DNA of 64,000 nucleotides from Vermamoeba vermiformis (Eukaryota). The position numbers and the translations under genes were made by a program. The notes beneath the pieces are model-generated. The model worked only from the letters and a program-made list of their open reading frames with translations, made no database searches and had not been told where the DNA came from. The stretch's first letter is position 1. Every line of letters begins with the position of its first letter. The stretch is taken from contig JBEWZL010000270.1 of assembly GCA_045837725.1 (NCBI GenBank), positions 186,001 to 250,000 of the forward strand, given 5' to 3'. Below are positions 24,299 to 36,327 of the stretch, piece after piece.

Positions 24299-27200
24299 AT
24301 GAAGCTCAGTTCTCTTCTTGTGTGCGTTGCAGTTCTCTGCATCGCGCGTTTTGCAACCGCTAAATTTATGTGGTCTGGCGCAGTCACTGATACATCGGTA
24401 TGTAGTATATTAGACTCACATTCTTATTAAAAGAATTATTCTCTTTGGTTTTAACATCAGATTCGGTTAATCCCTTTCGCAACGTAATCTTTTATCCAAA
24501 TGCTTGATAACAATTATTTAAGCGACAATATCATTTATTCTTATATTTTATTTCATATAATCAACGAAAATCTCAATTATTAGAGAAAGATTTTTTGGCG
24601 GCATACGGCCCACATCCAAATCAACCCTTTTCGCGCATTGCTGGTCAGTATTAATATTAATTATCGTAGGCCTCAGTCAGAGCTGTTGGTTATAAAGGCG
24701 AAACTTTCGTTATTAGCGAGACCTCAGATCTTGCTAATCCTCTCTTTACCACCACTATCCCTGACGACTTTGCCGCTATTTCGGTAAGACTTCATACACC
24801 CTAATTATTTATATTAATATGATTGCTCTATTCATTGCATTACTTGTTCGAGATGGATCTCGAGGTTGACCTTGTAGAATTCCCATATTAATTTTATTTC
24901 ATATTTAATGCGTATATTAATTGTAATATACACGTTAATGCATAGTAGATATTTATTAATGGAATTCGCAATACAAGTTTGACGTCTGGCAGTTTTGCCG
25001 GATTAAGTTGACACACGAACTACCGCACAATTACTAATACATTACTATTTAGATTACTGGTCTGACCGAGGACTCCCTCTATTATTATGGTATCCCCTCG
25101 TTGAATGAGGTTGGTGCCTTCTTGACTTTCAAGATCAACAAAGCTCTGAACTTCACTGTAAGTAGACACGATCTGCAACAAACGAAATTCTTTATTGATT
25201 TTATTGTACACAAGCATTATAATAACATATTTAATTGTAATTGAGCATATAATCAAATGTAATTGAAGCAAAATTAGCTTGCAATCATTGAACTGTCAAC
25301 AGAATCGATTTCCCAACCACACTTTTAATCGGGTTATTTACGCTCGTTAATTCTCCAATAGTCTTAAAGTCATTATTATGCACTGTTTAAATATAATACT
25401 AACATCAAGTTATTAAGGCTGTCGTTGGTTCTTGCGGTGAAACCGGATCTGTCTCTGAAAGCTACCTCAAGGCTGCCCAATTGTTCCCTCACATTGTTAT
25501 TCACATGGGTGATTTGCACTATGAGGACATTGATGTTGATGATGAAAGCCTGTAAGTGTTCGCGATCCGATCAGATGCACCACATCCGCGTGTTTTGATT
25601 CAGTTAAATATCTAACGGTATTCTTTTTATAGCTATGATGCTGCTTATGAACGCGTTCACGCTTCATACACTCAACGTACACTTTACAGAAACATTCCGG
25701 TATGATACAGATCCACACAAACATTGCGGATCACACGGCATTTTCTAACTCGTGTTTATTATTCCAGATCGCCTATATGTGGGATGACCATGATTTCCGT
25801 GGTAACAACAAGGTTGGCGATGGTCCTGGTCGCCCTGCTGCTCGGTAAGTTGATCTTCCGATCTTGTTTTCATTCGTTACACGCGGATCACAATACGTCA
25901 GGTGACGATTTTTGTGGCCTGTAAAGTCACGTGAACGTTCCTGTTTTATATCACCATGCGTTAATTAATATTTTGCACTTTTTACCCTCGCGGCGAATTG
26001 GCAGGCAATTCTAACGGTCATTTTGTTTTGCAGCGCTGCCTATCAAAACAACGTTCCTCACTATCCTTTGGGCATTGGTAACGCCACTGTCGATGTTCCA
26101 ATCTATCAAGTAAGGCACCTATATTAAATTGATTATATAAGGCATTGGTACTAATACAGCGTTAGGCCTACACCATCGGTCGTGTCAGATTCATTATGCC
26201 CGATCTCAAGTCTACCGCTACTTCTGGCACCAATGTTATGGATGATACTCAAATGACTTGGTTCTTGAACGAGTTGGGCCAAGCTTCTAATTACGGATTG
26301 GTCGTTATTGTTTCTTCTCAACCTTGGATTATTGCTCCTGTAAGTGCTCGATCTTGACGTCAATTTTTTTTATACTACTCTAAAGAGTGGCTAGTATATG
26401 TAGTACATGGATGCTAATGTTCCGAATAATTAGGGAGGTGATGGTTGGTCTGTGGCTGAAAAGAAGAAGATCGCCAACTTCATCGTCGAAAAGGGCATTA
26501 CTAACGTCGTTTTGATCGCTGGTGACGCTCATATGGTAATTTAACATATACTTATTCGAAATAGAGCAAAATATTGATTTTCTATTTTTAGGTTGCTATT
26601 GACGACGGATCGAACTCCGATTACAGCGACAATGGTGGCGCTGGTTTCCCTGTCTTCCAAGCCGCTGCTTGGGACCGTCCTGGTAGCTCTAAGGGTGGTC
26701 CTTACACTGAGGGCTGCTTCACTGAAGCTTTCAGATCCCAACAATTCGGTGTTTTCGAAATTGTTGACTATACCGACAAGATCTGCTTCACTTGGGAAGG
26801 TAAAAATTCCAAAAAAATATCTAAATGATTCGGAATCGTAACGCTAATTTCTTGTTTTATTCCTAATTAGGTCACTCTATCCATTCTGACACTCCTCTCG
26901 TTTCTTTCGAGAAGTGCACTCCTACTACCGTCAAGGGAACTGGTGGTGACCAACTTTTCTGCACTTTGACTCGTCCTGGATGGGTAAGTCACCTGCTTTA
27001 AAGCACGTGCCACATCGTTTCTAACCGTGCATTAGGAATGGGGTGTTCTCGCCGTCGAGTGCGTCATCGCCGCTGGTCTCTTGATCATCGTCTTGGTCTT
27101 GCCTCCCAAGCCTCTTAGCCGCAAGGTACGTACCTTACTCGTTGTTTTCTGTGTACGTGAGCCATGGCTAATAGAACTCGCACGCAGAGATGGATCACTG

Positions 27201-27778
27201 CTGCCGTTTTTGGTGCTAGCTACGTCCCTATCGCCGTTATTTGGGGTGTTGTATCAGGCCCTGAGATCGCCACTTTCTACGCCTGCTTGATCGTTTTGGC
27301 TGGTGTCGACATTATCTTTGCCGTTATCATTGCGTTGTTGTTCACTGTCTGGAAGGAAGATAGCGACAAGAACATCGATTCAGAGCTTCAACGTATCAAC
27401 AAGACCACTCGTCCTTCCGTCTCTCAAACTGTCTCCCCGATCCAACCTACTGCCAAGGTTCCCGACCACGAGTCTGGCAGCGAGGAGAGCGATGAGGAAG
27501 AAGATGAAGACGAAGACAGCGAGGAAGAGGATGACGAAGAAGAAGACGAGGAAGAAGAAGAGGACGAAGATGACGAAGACGAAGATGACAGCGAGGGCTC
27601 TTCATCATCTGGTGGTCAACAACAACGACCTGCCATGATTGCCAAGCCAAGCAACACTGGCTTGCAAGCTGCTTCTGAAAGCTCTGGTTCTGAAGGTTCT
27701 GAAGGCTCTGAAGGCTCCTCCTCAGAACAATCCTCATCTGAAGGTTCATCGGGATCCGGATCTAACGAGTCCAGCTAA
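24299..27778 (+). CDS. phoD: PhoD-like alkaline phosphatase/metallophosphoesterase with signal peptide, C-terminal TM helices and acidic tail
   Basis: Signal MKLSSLLVCVAVLC..FMWSGAVT; motifs GSCG, HMGDLHY, WDDHDF, IAGDAHM..DDGSNSDY and KGGPY; hydrophobic helices followed by a D/E/S tract. Confidence 0.85.
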
Positions 27779-27911
27779 ATTTAGCCCGCTAACCAATCTT
27801 ATTTATTTCGAACCTCAGCTGTACTGTAAACTTTTTTATAATTAACCTACTTAATAAATATACGGAACAATTTAAAACAAGATCTGGTTCGGGAACGCTT
27901 TAATTTACATT

Positions 27912-29293
27912 TTATTGATTTTGCTTGTGCTCGAGGACGATATGCGGGTTAGTTGCGGCTAATAATTCGGTAATCATTTCTACGATGTGTTGGTTAATGT
28001 GGAACTTCTTTAGTCTGGCGATCGGGATGTGTTCCGCGCCAGCAATTACTTGTAAGCACTGCGGCGAATCACACGTGCAAACGAAAGGTGAAGCCATCTT
28101 CCATTCAGTGGAGGGATAAAAAAACGTCAGCTCGTCACCTGGCACGAGATCTCTGATTGCTTTGACTTCCATTGCCTGAACGTCGACAATTACCGACGGG
28201 TTGCAGCTATGATTCATACAAACCTATATTTCGCAGTCGACTGTAACAATAAAATTACGTTTTTCAACATAGAACGACCACACTTATATCTTAAAGTTAT
28301 ATTTCTGTAAAAGGTCCCTGAATGACGGCAAGATGCGAAGCCGTAACTTTTGGAACAGAGGTTCGATCCGCAAAAAAAGAATCACGAAAAAAATATTAAA
28401 AAGAGCCCGAAGCACAATAAAATAAAACCCCGATTTGCAAAAAAAAAGGGAAGGGCGATAAAATAAAAAGAAAGTAAAAAAACTGAGCCTACCGGGGGGA
28501 AAGGCCGGGGGGGAAAAAAAAAAGCCGGGCTAAGGTGAGCCGGGAGCTGCAATAAAAAAAGCCGTGGTGGACGCCGGGGCGGCCGGGCGGAGCACCTGGA
28601 CTGGTCTAATCCCGCTAGGCTTGTGCTGTAACACGTGTGCTGAGCACGAGTGCCTGAGGCAGTTTGACGCAAAAAACCTCGTGTGTAGGCACTGAGAGTT
28701 TGGGGATAGTCAGTTTGCTTCAGATTTACTCAACAGACGATAGCCTGGGCTACTATTGAGCTTATTTATGAGAAATGGGAGCAGCCATGTCCAAATTCTG
28801 GTACGTCTACCGTGTAGACTTCCAGTTGGTTAAGGAATATAGAGATCGTTAGCACGAGCCTGAGCCAGATGCGAGATCTTGGTTCACAAAAAGTGGATTT
28901 CGCTGAGTCTATTTACGCTCGCCAATATCTTAATGGCAAATTAGTGCAAACATCAATTTTAAAAATGTTATAAAAGCGTTAATATTATATTCATGAATTA
29001 ATCAGCTCCGTGCGAAGATCTGGGAACGTAAAAATTTTGTTTAAATAAAATTCTGGAATTTAATTAATGCTTACCAACTCGTCGTTAATTTCAGCGTGCA
29101 TGTTTTTGCCGATTTGAATAGTACTCCATTTTTTAGAGCCAGTGTAAGTGACATTTTCTATTTTAGCAATCGTTTGGCCTTTGGAGAACGGCTTAAGCGT
29201 CAAAAGTTTAGAGAACACTTCAGTGCCTGCCTGGTCTTTAGCAATTTGCAAGACATCCGGATGCGCGATCAGGATTTGTGTTTGTGCCGCCAT
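27912..29293 (-). CDS. Small SET-domain protein with post-SET cysteines (2 exons; intron 28224-29074)
   Basis: MNHSCNPS..GDELTFFYPSTEW..FVCTCDSPQC. Exon 1 ..DEL|GTAAGC joins AG|VCMNHS in frame. Confidence 0.85.
28380..28900. other. GC-rich structured intronic element (candidate cis-regulatory RNA or ncRNA)
   Basis: Six CCGGG units between A-runs plus several hairpins, inside an otherwise AT-rich intron. Confidence 0.5.
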
Positions 29294-29463
29294 TTGTTAG
29301 ATAATTACTGAACAGCGATAGAAACTCGGCAATTTACAACGTAATAGGCGCCTGGCGCTTATAGAGACTACCGATCGACTAAACAGCGCAAGCCCGGTGC
29401 TACTTCCGAAAGCCCTTAAAACGGAAGTTACCGTTACAAACTGTCAAACAACAGATCAAAGCC

Positions 29464-30984
29464 ATGAGCAATACAACAAACAATAATGTTAATATAAATA
29501 ATAAAAGCAATGATAAGGAAAATATATTAGAAGGCAAGCTGCGGAGGAGCGGCAGAACACCAAAGCCATCCGAAAAAGTTCGAGAAAGGACTTTAGGCTC
29601 ACCGAACGGTATTTAATCCGCTTAAAAATATTATTTTAATATATAAATATGGCCAATATTGCAGTTTTAATCGAGGCACTTGACTAGAAGCCCAGATTTC
29701 GCTTCGAATTTTTTTTAAAAAAATACTTGACAATCTAAAGGTTTTACTGATAAGAATATACATTAGGGAACAAATATGGAGTTCGAAGAGTAATTCGCGA
29801 AAGGTAATTATTTTTCGTAACACGGCTATTTGTAATTAATTTCAATCTCACCAGGCGACAACCACAATATGAAAGAGTTTTAAGAAATAGGAGGATAAAT
29901 TTAGACGTACCAGCAGATACTTCTATCTATCAATTGAGCAGAGAATGGGTTGCTGACAATCCGCATCAGTTTCCTGATCACGTTGTGGTAAGTGCTGGGG
30001 CATGTAATGCCTATAAAAAAATCAAAATAATATTGCTTGTGTTGCGCAAACAGTTTGAAATTATTTAATGCTTGTGGAATAATTAACTTGATCAGCTGAA
30101 TTTACTTCTTGATATTTCTATCTCTGCACGATTCAACCGACTTTTTCATGAACAATGAATAATATTCTAATTATAAGGCCACTCCCATCGATTCTACAGT
30201 AATATCAACGCACTCTCGAACTCTCGCCTCGATCATTCAAAATCCGCAGCTTGCAGTGAGCGAAGCGGATCCAAAATTTAGTGCAGAAGGCTTACCTATT
30301 AGACAAAGGAGAAGCAATGATGATTTCGACGTAAGTCTAGCTTTCCCGGATCTGCTACTTAGAAACCTCTGAAATTCTTTTTGTACTGGCGAGCGGAAAT
30401 TGGAAAATCGATTTTACGTATTGGTGATTAGTCGGAGAATTTGCCGCACGATTTGTGCTACGGAATACGTGGAGCTAGTAATATTAATGGATCTCTTGTA
30501 CAGAAAATAATACGACACGAGCAACTGAGTCAAACTAATGCTGATAACACGAAGACAATAATAGCTGAAGAAGACGAAGACTTGTTAATGCATCATTTGG
30601 AACATTTTAAGAAAGTTAAGGCTTGGTAAGTTCACATTTTAAAACCAAATCCGTTAAATCGACAAATTACCTTAACGTGTGGGAGTGGATTGGTCGTTCT
30701 GTTTTTATTTTAGCGAATTTTAAATGCCGGTGGACCACCGGAGATTCCATAGTGCCTCTATAAGGCAAAAATAATTTGGTAGCGGAGTATTTGATCCAAA
30801 ATTGTAAATGTTCTCAGACAGTAATGCGATCGTGGTATATGCGTCCTGGCATAACTACAAAATATTATAATAATTGTTTCGAAAATATAGGTGGCAAGGT
30901 ACTATGGAGGCGAGACTAGTCCCGGTGAAGCAACAGATCGATCCGATCTTGGCGTCCAGCGTTAACTCAGACGAAGCCTCTTAG
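29464..30984 (+). CDS. LIN37-like (MuvB/DREAM) protein
   Basis: The five-exon model gives DTSIYQLSREWVADNP and LLMHHLEHFKKVKAWWQ, resembling the two conserved LIN37 blocks. It is not a single ORF in the track. Confidence 0.55.
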
Positions 30985-31401
30985 CGGTCGTTTTACGTAC
31001 AGATAAGTCAAATATAAATAATGTATTTTATCCAGAAATTCGTTCATAGTGTCCCTAAAGGGCAGATGAAAGCGAAGTTTCGTTGTTTAAAAATTGCTTT
31101 TTTGTTTCTTTGTGGTGCAATCCAAAATCTCTACTCCTGATCGAGATACTATTCATTGATATTGCAATATCGATCACGAAAACCACCTTTTATGGACAAA
31201 TTCCAGTTCAATCTCGCGTTTCATCTGGCGGAATAATTCTGGTCAAAAATAGTCAACGGTTTGTTTATCCGGGTGGACCAATTATGACACCGGATTTACT
31301 TACCAATTCAAATTAAATCCAATACGAGCAACACGCAGGTCCAAACTTTCGAATAGAAATTTTTATTTGAAGTTCAAATAGATCCGCTACACATATAGAG
31401 A

Positions 31402-34306
31402 ATGAGCGAAGATTTGCCTAAAGTATTATGCGGATACATGATCAAGAAGGTCCTGGGCCAAGGCTCTTTTGGCACAGTTAAGTTGGGTGTACATCCGAAA
31501 ACTGGCGATCACGTAAGTCAAAAAACAAGCAATATTCCTGATTAGAGCTAACTTCTATTAAACAGGTCGCTATTAAAACCCTTAATTATAAGGCGGTTAG
31601 ATCACCCAAAGAACTCGATATGATTCAACGCGAGAAAGACATTCTCAAAACGTTAGATCACCCCAACATTGTCAAATTGAAAGAAGTCATTGAAGATCCA
31701 GACAAGGAAAAGTGCCATATGCTCTTTGAATACGTGTCTGGAGGCGAGTTGTTTGCCTACATTGTGGCTCACGGAAGATTAAAAGAAAAGGACGCTCGTC
31801 GCTTCGTTCGTCAGGTACGATCTAACTTTCAGATCTTTTAATGAAATAACCGAAAACGTATTCACTATTTAATTTCATATTCAATTCTGAGTCTAATTTA
31901 AACATTGGTCTAATCGCAATGATTTTGTATTTGCGCGGTTCCGAATTTGAATTTTTCCGCTATACGCTACACAGAAAAACTTCCGTTGTGTGCTTTAATT
32001 AACCTCGGTTATATTATTAGATGGTCTCTGGCCTCGAGTATTGCCATAATCACTTGATTATTCATCGTGATCTGAAGCCTGAAAATTTGTTGTTGGATGA
32101 GCATCTGAACATCAAAATTACTGACTTCGGCTTGGCCAATAGAATTACGCCTGGAGCTAAATTTCAGACTTTTTGCGGTAGCTTGTTGTATGGTAAGAAT
32201 AATCCTTGGCCTCGAAATTGGAGATAAACTCCGAAATTCACAATTTTTTATTTTTCTGCAGCCGCTCCTGAAATTCTCCGAGGCGAAGCTTACCAAGGTC
32301 CCGGCGTCGATATTTGGGCTCTCGGTATCATCCTCTTTTGTCTGGTAAGTTCTACCATTCCAACCGATTTTATTGCGGATCTGCCAAGATCTTAATTTGG
32401 TGGCGATATTTTTATACCAAAGTCATGAATTTAATTAAAATTTCTTAGATTGCTGGTAGACAACCTTACGACGGAGATAACCCCACGAGATTGTTAAAGC
32501 TGTTCAATCATCCCATCCCGTTCCCTGAGCACGTTACTTCAGGTACCAAATCCACTAAAACTTCGCAACTCTATTTACTAATTATGGTATATTTAGAATG
32601 CAAGGATCTTATTAAGCGAATGTTAACCGTTTCTGAACGTGACCGCATTACTATTGCCGAAATTAAGCGACATCCGTGGATTAATCAGGGTTACTCTGCT
32701 CCAATTGATCCTTTGTTGCCTGCCGTCAGCTTTGTAAGTACTAATTATATATATTCATTAAAATTAGTATTAATTATCGATTTTTAGGTAAATACGCTCG
32801 ATCCTGAAGTACTGAAACAACTTCAGTTGCTCGGATTTGAGGACTCGCCTGCCTTGCGTCGTGCAATCTTGCAAAGCGAAGCAAAAAACCCCGCAGTCAC
32901 TATGTATCATACTATTTTAAGAAACTTGCGCAAAGCTGGAATGAGCCAAAGCACCAACAGCGCATCCGAATCTGAATACTCGAGCATCACCGATTCAGCT
33001 GCTTGTGATAGCGCTGAATCTGCTGGCAGCGAGCGAAATGTTAGGGGAAGAAGCCACTCACGCGAAGGAAACCACACAACCGGTCATTCAAAACGAAAGT
33101 CGGTCGGATTCGAATCTAACGGTGGATCGGACTCGAGCGAGCACGCTGCTGCTTCATTGCCTTCATCGCCTGCTCCTGAACCCGCCGCTAAGAGACGCAA
33201 TTTGACTCAGAGCATGGGCGGCAATCCCGCTGCGGTCATGCAAGCCAAGGCCGCTAAAGAAGCCATGGCTCGTCACGCCCAACACACTTCGCACCACGAG
33301 AAGAAAAAATCTGGCGACCACACGACGGATCCGCTCCGACACTCGCACAGTCCTAACGGACCTAATGTTCCTAATGGCACCACTGCTCATGAGGAGCCTA
33401 CTACCCGCCGCCGTGGAAACACTGTTGTGGCTGGTGCAGACTTTGACGACTTTGTGCCTCGTGCAGTGACCTCGGTAGATCCGGAGCTCGTTAAGAAGAT
33501 GCGACGCAGATCTGATAAACCCGTCTCAAAGAAAAGAGAAGAGAAGGAGCCTAAAGAAAAAGACGTTAAAGACAAAAAAGACAAGAAGGATAAAAAGACT
33601 AAGGTCAAGAAAGAAAAATTCGAAGCGGTCGAAGAAGAGATCACCATCGCAGATTTGCCCGCGAAGAAAGAAAAGAAGGACGATAAGAAGAAAGATAGAA
33701 GAAAATCGGACAGTTCTTCTCGTCATAAGGGCGATATTAAGAAAGAAAAGGAAGAGAAGAAGACAGTCGGTGGTAAGTTTTAGTTTTGAACCTCGATCTT
33801 GATCCACAATTCTCGGATACAAGCGAGACTAGATTTTTTCAGATTGAGCGGAAAAATTTGCCTATATTAAGCATTACTTAAGTCTATGCATCCGTGGTTT
33901 AGATTTAAAACTCTCGTGGATTATGCTATCGAAAATAGCCTTATTTGGCAAAACCAGTTTTAATTCTATCTCGTTCATTGAACCACCGAACTCATATCCT
34001 TATTTAGTATTGGCTACTGACGAACCCGTCGGATTGTTCGGAGCTAACACCACATCCACCAAATCCGCGAACGACATTGCCGACCAAGTCAACAAGGCGC
34101 TCGATGGCTTGAATGTTCGTCGCTTAGAGATGCCTAATGCTACTTTGCACTACTCTTGCGTGTTTAAGAACATTGCATTCGAAATGGAATTGGTCGAGAT
34201 CGGAAAGTTCGAAAACATGCGTGGCTTGAAATTCACTCGCCGCAGCGGTGATATTTGGGAATATAAGCGATTGGTTGAGTCGTTGCTCGGTCAACTCAAG
34301 TTGTAA
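31402..34306 (+). CDS. CAMKL (MARK/AMPK-related) Ser/Thr kinase with C-terminal KA1-like domain
   Basis: [38 protein letters not shown]-terminal [21 protein letters not shown] (KA1-like). Confidence 0.92.
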
Positions 34307-34516
34307 ATAATAATAATTGTACATTACATGCAAGTAAATTTTTAATGATGCGTTCTTTTCGTTTCTTGAGTTATAGCTGCTGGGCACTGTCTCTGTCATT
34401 TTCCTTCGTCTTTTCAACATCAGGAAGGTTAAAACAGTCTCAATCCAAGCAACTGTTAATCAAATAAAAAAATAATATTCTGTACTTCTTTGATCGAACA
34501 CTTATTTATTACACAG

Positions 34517-35685
34517 CTACTTGAAATGCTCGCATGGACATTTATTTTCATGTGCGTAGTTTATGCAATCTATATGTCCTTCTGACATTGCATTGGCGCA
34601 AGTTGCTGAATCCCAATCACAACCGTTCTCATGAGCATATTTTAGTATCTCCAAATGGCCACCATATGCTGCTGAAGAACAAGTTTCTGTGTCCCAATCA
34701 CATCCATTTTCATGAGCATATTTGAGTGCTTCTAAATGTCCATGCTGTGCTGCTGAAGTGCAAGTTGCTGAATCCCAATCACATCCATTCTCATGTGCAT
34801 ATTTTAGTATTTCCACATGACCCTGAGAGGCTGCTACAGCACAAGTGTATGCATCCCAATGGCATCCATTCTCATGAGCATATTTGAGCACTTCCAAATG
34901 TCCATGCTGTGCTGCTCCAGAGCAAGTGTACGAATTCCAATGGCATCCATTCTCATGAGCATATTTTACTATCTCCAAATGACCACCAAATGCTGCTGAA
35001 GTGCAAGTTGCTGAATCCCATTTGCACCCATTCTCGTGAGCATATTTGAGTGCTTCTAAGTTTCCCTTCAGTGCTGCTGCAACACAAGTGTATGAATCCC
35101 AATGGCACCCATTCTCATGAGCATATTTGAGTGCTTCTAAGTGGTTGCCCTCTGCCGCAGAATGACAAGTCCTTTCATCCCAAGGGCATCCATGCTGATG
35201 AGCATATTTGAGACATTCTAAATGCCCATTACTTGCAGCTAAGTGGCATGTGTATGAATCCCAATCACATCCATTTTCATGAGCATATTTGAGCACTTCT
35301 AAATGTCCATGCTGTGCTGCTGAATAACAAGTTACCGAATCCCAAGCACATCCATTCTCGTGTGCATATTTTAGTAGTGACAAGTGGCCATTTGTTGCAA
35401 AGTCTTCACAAAATGATCTTGAATCTACTCTGACTTGTGTAATTTTGGCTCTCTCTTTTATTCTGCGACAAAGTGCGTTGAATCGTTTCGATGTAGAAGA
35501 AATAAATGCAAGTCTGATGACCGGAGTTGGCATGCTGGCCGTTGCTAAGTAATTCAATATCTCAGTCCACATATCGTCATTCAACTCGATGTTCTGCTAC
35601 TCAATTGTCAACGAAATTATTACCAAAAAATTAAGAAAATGTAAATATTTTTTAAAAATTAAATTAAAAAATGGCTTACCATCAT
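34517..35685 (-). CDS. F-box-like plus short ankyrin-repeat protein (giant-virus-type repeats)
   Basis: Micro-exon ATGATG|GTAAG, then LNDDMWTEILNYL (F-box-like) and 11 tandem 27-aa units GHLE.LKYAHENGC.WD..TC..AA. Confidence 0.88.
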
Positions 35686-36327
35686 AGTTGTGTCGGTAAT
35701 ATTACGGGAATATTTAGTAACTGCTCTTTCTGGAGAAAATATTTCCTGTTAGTAAATTGCCGAAAATTATTAATTATTAACGAAAATTAAAAGTTAATCC
35801 AAATTAATTAGAATTACAAACCTATGGGATTCTCTGCTTTGCGTTTCATAAATATTTCGATTGTGGTTATGATATTGAATATAAATCATTCTACGTAAAA
35901 AAAATTTACTGTTCGTCGAAAGTTCCAACGAATTGTAGCAATTTGTTCCAAAAATAGATTTTGTTTTAACTGTAGTATTTTTGCTGGCGACTTCCGTTCC
36001 AGTCCGTTGGCGCGAACTCCGCAGCTCTTCGTGAAAACTCGCGGAAGTTCCTTCAATAGTTAGAATTGCGGTCACCTGCCAATGACACTCTTTCGGTAAA
36101 CTTTCTGCGGTCGCCCGTTCGATGCGTGCGCATTAAGCGGGCTGGTGGTGAATTGTCACTTACAAACGATTGGATCCGGAGAAAAAAAAAAGCAAGTTTA
36201 GTTGACCAGTGCAAAGTCCAGTACGGCGATTTAGTATAAAATTAGCTTTAATTTGTATCTAACACATTGACAACAAATTTTTGCACAGCAACACGAGCTG
36301 CATGCAATGTATTAGTCCGTAAAAGTT

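Noticed and set aside
28310-28375. tRNA gene (GGTTCGATCC B-box-like)
   Set aside because: No T-stem, acceptor stem or cloverleaf can be formed.
28590-28625. TPP-riboswitch-like 3' half (ACCTGGACTGGTCTAATCCCGCTAGG)
   Set aside because: The P5 pairing is broken, there is no correctly placed CUGAGA, and it lies antisense to the host gene.
28490-28760. RNase P/MRP or telomerase RNA
   Set aside because: GGAAAGGCCGG resembles CR-I but has no complementary CR-V to form P4, and no CCCUAA-type template is present.
34517-35400. CRISPR-like or non-coding tandem array
   Set aside because: The 81-nt periodicity is fully explained by coding ankyrin repeats.
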